The notes under the pieces were generated by a model. It saw only the letters and a program-made list of their open reading frames with translations, was not told the origin of the DNA and did not search any database. A program made the translations under genes and the position numbers. This document shows positions 8,170 through 16,333 of a DNA stretch of 24,000 nt, in pieces; the first letter of the stretch is position 1; the number at the start of each line of letters is the position of its first letter. This DNA is from an uncultured archaeon (GTDB lineage: Archaea; Asgardarchaeota; Lokiarchaeia; Sigyniarchaeales; SOKP01), in the NCBI GenBank assembly GCA_964632315.1, contig CAZWEM010000041.1:14578-38577 (forward strand), in the 5' to 3' direction.

Positions 8170-9021
8170 TTAACCTAATACTTGATTGAATTGAAGAGTT
8201 AATTTTCCTGGAAATTCACCTAAATAGGATTGAGGTTCTGCAATCAGAAGATAGAAATATGGCTGAAGTAAACCATCTATATTTGGCCCTATTCCCGATT
8301 TTATGATATAAACCCAAATTGTCTCATTTCTAATATATGATTGTCGATAAATCCATTCAAGTGGTTTTATTTCAGGAAAAATTCCAATGTTTCTTAATAT
8401 GATATTTATTTCCTTCATAGTATATTTTTCGCTAATTAAAATTAGGGGAGAGAGATCAAAAGAACATATACAAATCGAATTTAAGCCATAATTCTTCATA
8501 TCATTTAATAATGATTTAGCTAATGTTTCTAGCTTTTTTTTATTTATATTTATTCTCGATCTTGCTTCAGAATCTATTAGATAATTAATAATTTGGTCTT
8601 CTTCATTTTGCAGTACTTCTTGTGCTGTTGCTAACGGTATTTTATGTTTAATTATGTTGTCATAAATTAACTTTATTTTTTCCGAAATAGATTTATGTAA
8701 GAGAAATCCTTCAGTTTGGGCCGTTATTAAAACATCGCCCTTATATAAAGATTTTTTGCTAACCTCCTCTTTTTTCGAAATAAATTCAAGAATTTCGATC
8801 TCTTTATTAATACTTCGAGCAAATTCATATAGCGCAGACACAAGCCCTGCATCTAAATCAAAACTATCCTTAGAATCTAATTCAATCTCATTTCTCGAAT
8901 AATACTTCGAAAAATCGAAAAATCTTAGATATAATCTTACTCCTTTAGGAGGTTTTTGCAATTTTAAATGATAGTAAGGAAATCCAGAATTTGTTATTAC
9001 TGAAAGTTCATAAATCGTCAT
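8170..9021 (-). CDS. hypothetical protein; N- and C-terminal alpha/beta modules resembling longin/roadblock-type domains joined by a helical linker
   Basis: 283-aa ORF. The N-terminus MTIYELSVITNSGFPYYHLKL...AGLVSALYEFARSI...VLITAQTEGFLLH has the beta-beta-alpha-beta-beta pattern typical of longin/roadblock/sigma-adaptin-like folds. The C-terminal 100 aa (LNSICICSFDLSPLILISEKY...ETIWVYIIKSG...YFYLLIAEP) repeats a similar pattern. This is an assignment by eye only. Confidence 0.55.
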   Translation of the reverse strand: MTIYELSVITNSGFPYYHLKLQKPPKGVRLYLRFFDFSKYYSRNEIELDSKDSFDLDAGLVSALYEFARSINKEIEILEFISKKEEVSKKSLYKGDVLITAQTEGFLLHKSISEKIKLIYDNIIKHKIPLATAQEVLQNEEDQIINYLIDSEARSRININKKKLETLAKSLLNDMKNYGLNSICICSFDLSPLILISEKYTMKEINIILRNIGIFPEIKPLEWIYRQSYIRNETIWVYIIKSGIGPNIDGLLQPYFYLLIAEPQSYLGEFPGKLTLQFNQVLG

Positions 9022-9132
9022 AGAATCTTTTTATAGCTAAAACGCTTTTTTAATACTTTTTTAATTAATGATTTTAATACTCCTATTTAAATTAATTTGG
9101 TTTAAAAATAGAAAATTAAATATCGATATCAC

Positions 9133-11691
9133 TTATTTAATAATTATTGTTGGTCTTCCCGGTAGAGATTTAAGAGCCTTTGGATCTTTTGAATCGATTT
9201 CTTTTAATACATTTACATTAGCATCGTATTTTGTCTCTAACATGCTAGAGATTTCATTAAAAAATAAGAATTCTTCACTTGCTTTGATTGGAGAGGGCTG
9301 AAATTTACCTAGATTTTTAAGTACGGAGGACACAATTTGATTTATAAGTTTACCATGTTTTTTAAAATGCTCTTTTTTCATAAGAACCTTTAATATTTCA
9401 CCTTGATCCTTGGATTGTTTAACTTGTTGGAGCAGCTCTTCGAAAAGATTAAATTTCCAATCATTAGCTATGATTATATCGATCTTGTCGATTTTTTCTT
9501 TTTTAATTATATGAATTATGTGGTTTATCGATTCCAATGTATCATTCATTAGTTTCCATTTATATTCATTAACGGGATTTAAAATACCATTATCATATTC
9601 TGGCCAAGAAGATACACTTAAAAAATCTTCATTGCCAAACAAGTTCCAAATTTCTTCAGTTACGTGTGGAATAAATGGATGTAATAGTTTAACAAGTCTT
9701 TGAGAACAGTAAGAATAGACACTTTTATTAACTTTTTCAAGTTTATATTTATTAAATTCATTTGTAAATTGGATTAAATCATTAATGGCATCCCTTATAT
9801 CAATTTGTTCCATATGCTTTGTCACATTCTTAATAGTTTTGTTTAGAAGATATTTGATCAAAGTATCATGAATAACTTCATTATTTCTAATAGAATCTGG
9901 TTTCTCAATCAAAAGTGCAAAACTATTCCGAATAAATTTATGCGCAAATTGAATACCTTCATTTGACCATTCTAACCCCGATTTTGGACTAGCCCCAAAT
10001 AGAATGAAAAATCTAGCTGCATCAGCACCAAATTTATTCATTATTCCAATCGGATCTACTGTATTTCCTAAACTTTTGCTCATTTTAACACTTTTGAATA
10101 TGTATTTTGTTCCACATCTTTTACAATTTTCATCATTCATCTCGGATTTCATTGCAAATACTTCGCAATTAGGACAATACGGATGTATTTTATTAATCAT
10201 TCCTTGGGTAAGTAATCTTTGAAATGGCTCACTGTTTGAATGTAATCCTAAATCTCTTGCAACTTTGGTAAAAAATCTTGCGTATAGCAAATGAAGAATA
10301 GCATGTTCAATGCCTCCAATATAGAGATCAACATTCATCCAATAATCTACTCTTTTCTTGGAATATGGAAGATTTGATGATTTAGGATCACAATATCTAT
10401 AGAAATACCATGAACTATCAACAAATGTATCCATTGTATCTGTTTCTCTTATTGCTTTTTTATTGCATTTAGGGCACTTTACATTAAGAAAAGATTCACT
10501 AGTCAATAATGGATTTCCTTTACCAGTGAATTGAACATCTTTTGGTAGCTTTATTGGGAGCTGATCGATGGGAGCGGGAATAACACCACAATCCTCGCAA
10601 TATATAATTGGAATAGGACATCCCCAGTATCTCTGCCTTGAAATTAACCAATCTCTTAACTTATAATTAACAGTCGCATACCCACTGTTTAATTCTTCAA
10701 GTTTTTTAGTGATTGCATTTATCGCGCTTTTGTTATCAATACCATCGAATTCTCCAGAATTGACTAAAATTCCCTCTCCCTCAAACGCACGTGACATCTT
10801 TTTGGAATCTAATTCATAATCATAAGGTTGGATTACGACTCTTATTGGAATATCATATTTTTTGGCAAATTCAAAATCTCGTTGGTCATGTCCTGGAACG
10901 GCCATTACTGCTCCGGCACCATATTCATATACAACAAAATTCCCAACATAAATAGGGATTTGTTGCTTTGTCATTGGATTTAATGCTTTTTTCCCGATAA
11001 GCATCCCTTTCTTTTTCACCTCTATATCTGTGCGTTCAAACTTATCCTGCTGCATAACCTCTTTATAAAATTTTTTGTATTTTTCCTCATAATCTGTTTT
11101 TTCCACCCATTCTTTTATCCATGGGTGCTCAGGGGCAAAAACCATAAATGTTACTCCATATAAAGTATCAGGTCTAGTAGTAAAAATATCAATCGTTCGT
11201 TCTTCTCCAACAATTTGAAATTTAATGATAGTCCCTTGTGATCTCCCAATCCAATTCCGTTGCATAGTTTTTACTTTTTCTGGCCAATCTAACTGATCTA
11301 AACCCTCTAATAATTCTTCCGCGTAATCTCTTATTTTTAAAAACCATTGCGTCAGGAATTTTTGTTCTACATTGCTGTTGCATCTCCAACATTTTCCATT
11401 TAAGACTTGCTCATTAGCTAAAACTGTAGAGCAATTGGGACACCAATTTACATAAGATTCTTGTCTATAAGCTAAACCCTTCTCAAACATCTTAATAAAG
11501 AACCATTGGTCCCATTTATAGTAGTTAGGATCGTGACTAAATATAGTCCGAGTCCAATCGTAAGACAAACCAATTCTTTTTTGTTGCTTTTTCATTAACT
11601 CGATATTTGAATTTGTCCATTCCTCGGGATTAGCGCCGTGATCAATCGCCGCATTCTCAGCAGGGAGTCCAAAACTTTTATGGTATTTCAC
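9133..11691 (-). CDS. leuS: leucyl-tRNA synthetase (bacterial type), major portion downstream of an in-frame TAA
   Basis: 852 codons with [12 protein letters not shown]-1 CPNC...CWRC, CP1 editing-domain motif [25 protein letters not shown]...CPKC...[15 protein letters not shown], and KMSKS (VKMSKSLGN). The first codon is GTG at 11689-11691, directly abutting the TAA at 11692-11694 and in the same frame as the upstream fragment. Confidence 0.9.
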   Translation of the reverse strand: MKYHKSFGLPAENAAIDHGANPEEWTNSNIELMKKQQKRIGLSYDWTRTIFSHDPNYYKWDQWFFIKMFEKGLAYRQESYVNWCPNCSTVLANEQVLNGKCWRCNSNVEQKFLTQWFLKIRDYAEELLEGLDQLDWPEKVKTMQRNWIGRSQGTIIKFQIVGEERTIDIFTTRPDTLYGVTFMVFAPEHPWIKEWVEKTDYEEKYKKFYKEVMQQDKFERTDIEVKKKGMLIGKKALNPMTKQQIPIYVGNFVVYEYGAGAVMAVPGHDQRDFEFAKKYDIPIRVVIQPYDYELDSKKMSRAFEGEGILVNSGEFDGIDNKSAINAITKKLEELNSGYATVNYKLRDWLISRQRYWGCPIPIIYCEDCGVIPAPIDQLPIKLPKDVQFTGKGNPLLTSESFLNVKCPKCNKKAIRETDTMDTFVDSSWYFYRYCDPKSSNLPYSKKRVDYWMNVDLYIGGIEHAILHLLYARFFTKVARDLGLHSNSEPFQRLLTQGMINKIHPYCPNCEVFAMKSEMNDENCKRCGTKYIFKSVKMSKSLGNTVDPIGIMNKFGADAARFFILFGASPKSGLEWSNEGIQFAHKFIRNSFALLIEKPDSIRNNEVIHDTLIKYLLNKTIKNVTKHMEQIDIRDAINDLIQFTNEFNKYKLEKVNKSVYSYCSQRLVKLLHPFIPHVTEEIWNLFGNEDFLSVSSWPEYDNGILNPVNEYKWKLMNDTLESINHIIHIIKKEKIDKIDIIIANDWKFNLFEELLQQVKQSKDQGEILKVLMKKEHFKKHGKLINQIVSSVLKNLGKFQPSPIKASEEFLFFNEISSMLETKYDANVNVLKEIDSKDPKALKSLPGRPTIIIK

Positions 11692-11712
11692 TTATTGAGA
11701 AATACTATCATA
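11674..11712 (-). other. 30-nt insertion in leuS carrying an in-frame TAA within a predicted hairpin and flanked by identical AGT codons
   Basis: Minus-strand sequence: TATG-ATA-GTATTTC-tcaaTAAgt-GAAATAC-CATA-AAAGT. A 7-bp stem (11699-11705 with 11683-11689) is extended by the 4-bp TATG/CATA helix across a 3-nt bulge. The TAA (11692-11694) sits in the 9-nt loop. AGT codons lie at 11704-11706 and 11674-11676. Deleting exactly 30 nt restores [11 protein letters not shown]. Confidence 0.6.
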
Positions 11713-11943
11713 GCCCATAGGGTACAATACATTGAACCCCTGCATTCGTTTGAATCGAGCTACAGAATCTCCTATTGTATAATTACGGAGATGTCCCATA
11801 TGAAGGCTTCCAGAGGGATAAGGGTACATTTCTAATACGTAATATTTATTTTTGTTTTTATCTTGTTTTACTTCAAAAATTTTCTCGCTGTCCCATTTGT
11901 CTTGCCATTTTTTTTCTATCTTTCCAAAATTATAATCTTCCAC
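11692..11943 (-). CDS. leuS: leucyl-tRNA synthetase N-terminal fragment (83 codons, HIGH motif) ending at an in-frame TAA
   Basis: (V/M)[24 protein letters not shown]...[44 protein letters not shown]. This is a typical LeuRS N-terminus with HMGH. I place the start at GTG 11941-11943. The 60 extra upstream codons in the ORF track are hydrophobic low-complexity sequence overlapping the opposite-strand lipS start. Confidence 0.8.
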   Translation of the reverse strand: MEDYNFGKIEKKWQDKWDSEKIFEVKQDKNKNKYYVLEMYPYPSGSLHMGHLRNYTIGDSVARFKRMQGFNVLYPMGYDSISQ

Positions 11944-12058
11944 AGTGATTATAACCACCAAAATATCTAAAATTATTATTAAAATATGATTTGAAATCAA
12001 TAATTCAATAAATTTTTTTTGAAAAAAGCTTATCTTTTTGTTTGTATTATGAAAAGTA
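11944..12058. promoter_or_regulatory. divergent promoter region between leuS and the lipS-lplA-lipS-cofE-cofD operon
   Basis: 115-bp AT-rich spacer between divergent starts. On the minus strand, TATAAT lies 7 nt before the leuS GTG and GGTGG lies 11 nt before it. No element can be assigned confidently. Confidence 0.3.
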
Positions 12059-13060
12059 ATGACTGTGGATAAAATTAGAGTGTCAATTGGAAGTGCTTCA
12101 GTTCTGGGATTATATAATAGCACTCGGTTTAAAGTTCCTCCAACTACCTGCTATATTATGACATTTAACTCAAATCAATGTTCTGCTAATTGTGCATTTT
12201 GTCCTCAAGGAAGAGAATCTAAAGGCTCAGATGAGCTATTATCTCGTGTAAATTGGCCAGTTTTTAAGCTTAAAGAATTCTTAACTAAATTTAGTTATCT
12301 AAGTCCTTCAAAGCGTTTTAAACGTCTGTGTCTTCAAACCCTAAATTATCCAAATAATGTTCAAGATGTTATCGAGATCATCAGCAAAGTACGAGAAAAG
12401 TCAGACATTCCAATCTCAATTGCGATCCCACCAATCACGAGAAAAAATCTAAAAGAAATTAAGAATCTTGGAGTCGAAAGAATTGGGATTGCTTTAGATG
12501 CATCTACTCCTGAAATTTTTGAGAATATCAAGGGTAAAGGAGTTAATGGTCCATATACTTGGGACTCTCACTTCAAAGCCTTGAAAGACGCGTTAAATAT
12601 ATTTTCAGAGGGATTTGTAACTACCCATTTAATAGTCGGTTTAGGAGAATCAGCTAAAGATATTCTTAGTCTGATATATAATTTGAAAAATTTAAGAATT
12701 AAAGTTGGGCTTTTTGCATTTACATCTATTAAGGGTACGAAATTAGAATTGCATAGCCCTCCAGATCTACTCTATTTTAGAAAAATACAATTAGGAAGAT
12801 ATTTAATCCTGGAAGAAAATAAGAATTTAAACGATTTCATATTTAACAGTAAGAATGAAGTTGTCAAATTTGATATAAATAAGAGAGATTTAGAAAGGTT
12901 AATCACTCAAACTGATGCATTTCTGACATCTGGATGTCCTGGATGTAATCGACCTTATTACACGTCTCGACCAACAGGTCCTATATACAATTATCCTAGA
13001 AAATTAAATGAAATGGAAAAAAAAGAGATATTTAATACCCTTTTGGAATATATTAAATAA
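12059..13060 (+). CDS. radical SAM protein, LipS1/LipS2-type lipoyl synthase component
   Basis: 333 aa with the radical-SAM cluster motif CSANCAFC, plus additional Cys ([11 protein letters not shown]) that could bind an auxiliary cluster. It is distantly BioB/LipA-like and adjacent to lplA and a second, different radical SAM gene. I cannot say which of the two is LipS1 and which LipS2 without an alignment. Confidence 0.7.
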   Translation: MTVDKIRVSIGSASVLGLYNSTRFKVPPTTCYIMTFNSNQCSANCAFCPQGRESKGSDELLSRVNWPVFKLKEFLTKFSYLSPSKRFKRLCLQTLNYPNNVQDVIEIISKVREKSDIPISIAIPPITRKNLKEIKNLGVERIGIALDASTPEIFENIKGKGVNGPYTWDSHFKALKDALNIFSEGFVTTHLIVGLGESAKDILSLIYNLKNLRIKVGLFAFTSIKGTKLELHSPPDLLYFRKIQLGRYLILEENKNLNDFIFNSKNEVVKFDINKRDLERLITQTDAFLTSGCPGCNRPYYTSRPTGPIYNYPRKLNEMEKKEIFNTLLEYIK

Positions 13061-13076
13061 TTAGTTAAGAAATGAC

Positions 13077-13856
13077 ATGAATAGCTGGAGATTCATAACT
13101 TTAGAAACTCATGATGGTTATTGGAATATGGCATTAGATGAAGCCATACTTCAATCAGTCATCGAAAATAAATCCCCTAATACTATTAGACTTTATAAGT
13201 GGAGTCCTTCAACTGTATCTATTGGTAGAAATCAAAGCTTACTAAGTGAGGTGGATTTAAATTTTATTAAAAAAAATGGATTCAATGTTGTGAGAAGAAT
13301 TACAGGTGGTGGAGCCGTATTTCATGATGAGTATAGAGAGATCACTTATTCTATAGTTTGTCGTTTAGAGTTTTTAGAAAAGTTGAATGCTAAAAGCGTA
13401 ATGGAACAATTTGAAATAATTGAAATGGGGATTATCTCTGGTTTGCAATTTTATGGTTTAAAACCAGAAAAAGGAATCATCCATTGTCCAGCAATCTTTT
13501 TAGAAGATAAAAAATTTTCAGGAAACGCTCAACTAAGAAGAAAAAGGCATATTTTGCAGCACGGAACTATTCTTTTAGAATTAGATCCTGAACTAATGTA
13601 TTCTGCTTTAAAAGCCCCCTATAATGTCTCTAAATCAAGAATGGTGAGATCAGTTTATTCCAAATGTACAGGAATTAAGGAGCATTTAGAATCATACAAT
13701 GAACAGGATTTTCAATCATCTCTAAAAAAAGGTTTCGAAACTACTCTAAAAATTACTTCTATGGAGAATTATTTTACTGAACATGAGTTGCGATTAGCAA
13801 AAAAGTTAGTATATACAAAATATAGAGATAAAAATTGGTTAAGAAAATATGAATGA
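13077..13856 (+). CDS. lplA: lipoate/octanoate-protein ligase, catalytic (LplA N-terminal) domain only
   Basis: 259 aa with RRITGGGAVFHD, KFSGNAQ and HGTILL motifs of the LplA/LipB/BirA-type cofactor transferase family. It lacks the roughly 90-aa C-terminal accessory domain (LplB/Lpl-C). Confidence 0.85.
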   Translation: MNSWRFITLETHDGYWNMALDEAILQSVIENKSPNTIRLYKWSPSTVSIGRNQSLLSEVDLNFIKKNGFNVVRRITGGGAVFHDEYREITYSIVCRLEFLEKLNAKSVMEQFEIIEMGIISGLQFYGLKPEKGIIHCPAIFLEDKKFSGNAQLRRKRHILQHGTILLELDPELMYSALKAPYNVSKSRMVRSVYSKCTGIKEHLESYNEQDFQSSLKKGFETTLKITSMENYFTEHELRLAKKLVYTKYRDKNWLRKYE

Positions 13857-14898
13857 AATCAAGGAAATTGTCTCGAAGATTAAAAAAGGAACTATATCAT
13901 GGTTGGATCTAAAGAATTTAACTCAAAATCAACATAAAGAGTTTCTCAGATACGCTTACAACTTGAAAAAGCGCTTTTTTGGAAATAAATTAAAAATTTA
14001 TATACCAAATCAACAATTTCCTGCCATCAGTATAACGGGGAGTGAATGCGCCTTAAATTGCGAACACTGCAATAAAAAGTATTTAGAAAGCATGAGGGAT
14101 ATTACTAATCCAAATGATTTAAAAAATTTTTTAAACAATTTATATGAAAATAATGGGATTGGCGCATTAATTTCAGGTGGATGCGATCCCGATGGTGCGG
14201 TTCCATTGGATGGCTATCTTGATGTTATAAAAGAGATTAAACAACATACAAACCTCATAATCAATACTCATACGGGTTTAATAAATAAAAGTACCGCTGA
14301 AATGCTAGCACTATCTAAAATTGATATTGTTTCATTCGATGTGAATGTGGATGAAGATATAATAAGAGATATTTATCATTTAAAAAAAGAAGTAAAAGAT
14401 TATAAGATCGCAATAGAATTATTGAAAAATCATAACTTAAATATAGTTCCACATATTTGCATCGGCTTGTATTATGGAAGGGTCAAAAAGGAATTAGAAA
14501 CAATCAATTTTATCAAAGAAATCTTCAATGAGCCTAATTTAATTGTAATTATTGCACTTATCCCTCCTAAAACATCCATTCATCAATTTGAAATGCCTTC
14601 ACCAGAAAGTATTTCTAAATTGATCGCGGTAACTAGAATCCAATTTCCCAAAACTGAAATATCACTTGGATGCATGAGACCTCGTGGAAATATGAAAGTA
14701 AAATTGGAAAAATACGCTATGAAGGCAGGAATTAACCGAATTGAGATTCCGTCAAGAAAATCATTAAATTGGATAATGGAATATGATCCTAAAATCAATT
14801 TTCAATTTTTTTCGGCTTGTTGTGCGATTCCTCCAAAGTATGAGGAACTAGCTAGAAGTAAAGTGAGTGATTTGAAAGTATATCAAAATTATATATAG
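13849..14898 (+). CDS. radical SAM protein, second LipS1/LipS2-type lipoyl synthase component
   Basis: 349 aa with CALNCEHC preceded by AISITGSE. Further conserved Cys occur at GGCDPDG, LGCMRPRG and SACCAIP. It overlaps the lplA stop by 8 nt. Confidence 0.7.
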   Translation: MNEIKEIVSKIKKGTISWLDLKNLTQNQHKEFLRYAYNLKKRFFGNKLKIYIPNQQFPAISITGSECALNCEHCNKKYLESMRDITNPNDLKNFLNNLYENNGIGALISGGCDPDGAVPLDGYLDVIKEIKQHTNLIINTHTGLINKSTAEMLALSKIDIVSFDVNVDEDIIRDIYHLKKEVKDYKIAIELLKNHNLNIVPHICIGLYYGRVKKELETINFIKEIFNEPNLIVIIALIPPKTSIHQFEMPSPESISKLIAVTRIQFPKTEISLGCMRPRGNMKVKLEKYAMKAGINRIEIPSRKSLNWIMEYDPKINFQFFSACCAIPPKYEELARSKVSDLKVYQNYI

Positions 14899-14908
14899 TG
14901 AACTGATT

Positions 14909-16333
14909 ATGGTAAAATCTGAAATTTTAATGGTTGGCCTTCCAAATATCCCGAAAATAATTCCCGGTGATAATCTTGCACAAATTATTAGGGATTCCTT
15001 AAAACAGAAAAAATTAACGTTAGAGAATGGAGATATCCTGGTAATTGCACAAAGCATCGTATCAAAAAGTATCGGAAGTATTATTAATTTAAATGATGTC
15101 AAAGTTGGAGAGCGAGCCATGGATATTTACAGAAATATGGAACCCTTAATTTTAAGAGAAGGAATAACAAAAAAAACTCCACAATTAGTCCAATTAATCC
15201 TAGACGAATCTAAAGAAATTTTAAAAGCAGAACATGTTCTTATTGTTGAAACCAATTATGGATTTATTTGTGCAAATGCTGGAATTGACAAATCAAATGT
15301 CGAAGGAAGTGAAAATGTAACATTATTACCGAAATATCCAGATGAGGAAGCTAAAAAAATAAGAAATGAATTAAAGAAGCTAACAGGAAAAAATGTAGCG
15401 GTTATTATTTCTGATTCATTTGGAAGACCTTTTCGAAGAGGAGCTGTAGGAGTTGCAGTTGGCATTTCTGGAATATCTGCTCTCTTAGATAAGAGAGGTG
15501 AAAAAGACTTGTATGGAAAGATGCTTCAGAGTACTATAGTTGGACAAGTTGATAATCTAACTTCTGCAGCACAATTAATAATGGGTGAGGCGAACGAAGG
15601 ACTTCCCGTCATATTGATCAGAGGATACAAATTCGATTTTGATGAGAAAGCTTCAATTAAAGAAATTTTTAGACCCGAAGAAACTGACTTATTTAGGATG
15701 ATTTCTGAAAAAGATTTATTTTTTAAAGTACTAAAATCTCGAAGAAGTTATAAACTTCGATTCTCTTCAAAAATACCTGAAAGAGAGATTATAAGGGATT
15801 GTATAGCATTAGCTCAATGGGCACCCAGCGCACATAATGCTCAACATTGGCGATATGTTATATTAGATAAAAGTTCAATTCGCGAGAGGTTAATTTTGGA
15901 AATGAATTCGAAACTGAGAGAAGATTTATCTCGAGATGGAAGATCAGAAGAATTTATAGCAGAAAAAATTAGAAAAACAAAAAGAAATTTTCTCGAAGCA
16001 CCCTATTTGGTTATTTTATGTTTGGATGAAACAGAATTAGAATCATATTCTGACAGGGAGAGGACAAAAAACGAATTAATCTTAGGAATTCAGAGTATCG
16101 GAGCATCGGCTAGTTATTTCTTGTTAGCGCTTGAAATAAATTCACTTGCTGCATGTTGGTATTCTGCTCCGTTATTTGCACAAGAAGTTGTAAAGAAAAA
16201 CTTAAACTTGCCAAAATCATTTAATCCGATGGCTTTTTTCACAGTGGGATATGCACTAGAAAAAGCAAAGCCAACTACTAGAAAAAGCATAGAGGAGGTT
16301 ATTTATAAAACAGGTGAAGAGGATATTGAATGA
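14909..16333 (+). CDS. cofE: F420 gamma-glutamyl ligase fused to a nitroreductase-family domain (FbiB-type architecture)
   Basis: N-terminal CofE motifs: PGDNLAQII, GDILVIAQSIVSKS, NAGIDKSNV, DSFGRPFRRG. The C-terminal roughly 200 aa carry the nitroreductase signature SRRSYKLRF...WAPSAHNAQHWRYVIL. Confidence 0.85.
   Translation: MVKSEILMVGLPNIPKIIPGDNLAQIIRDSLKQKKLTLENGDILVIAQSIVSKSIGSIINLNDVKVGERAMDIYRNMEPLILREGITKKTPQLVQLILDESKEILKAEHVLIVETNYGFICANAGIDKSNVEGSENVTLLPKYPDEEAKKIRNELKKLTGKNVAVIISDSFGRPFRRGAVGVAVGISGISALLDKRGEKDLYGKMLQSTIVGQVDNLTSAAQLIMGEANEGLPVILIRGYKFDFDEKASIKEIFRPEETDLFRMISEKDLFFKVLKSRRSYKLRFSSKIPEREIIRDCIALAQWAPSAHNAQHWRYVILDKSSIRERLILEMNSKLREDLSRDGRSEEFIAEKIRKTKRNFLEAPYLVILCLDETELESYSDRERTKNELILGIQSIGASASYFLLALEINSLAACWYSAPLFAQEVVKKNLNLPKSFNPMAFFTVGYALEKAKPTTRKSIEEVIYKTGEEDIE

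Noticed and set aside
11692-11694. TAA reassigned as a sense codon (alternative genetic code)
   Set aside because: TAA terminates several well-supported ORFs here at positions consistent with full-length homologues: leuS at 9133-9135, the 283-aa gene at 8170-8172, cofD at 17253-17255 and the V4R gene at 5582-5584. TAG and TGA are also used as stops. No other gene in the window shows an internal TAA.
11674-11712. Bulge-helix-bulge (archaeal splicing endonuclease) intron as the explanation for the leuS insertion
   Set aside because: The fold has a single 3-nt bulge (AUA) on the 5' side only. Forcing a canonical BHB (bulge, 4 bp, bulge) puts the second cut about 19 nt downstream, which would not restore the frame. 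A 30-nt excision would need a second bulge at AAA (about 11677-11679), which is not 4 bp away from the first. I kept it only as a low-probability alternative under RNA-level excision.
9068-11835. Plus-strand ORFs 9068-9301, 9518-9703, 10004-10222 and 11638-11835
   Set aside because: They are antisense to leuS and have no motifs. They are shadow ORFs.
11944-12123. 60-codon N-terminal extension of the leuS fragment given in the ORF track (start at 12123)
   Set aside because: The extension is hydrophobic low-complexity sequence with no LeuRS counterpart, and it overlaps the opposite-strand lipS start. LeuRS homology begins at [12 protein letters not shown], right after an in-frame GTG at 11943.
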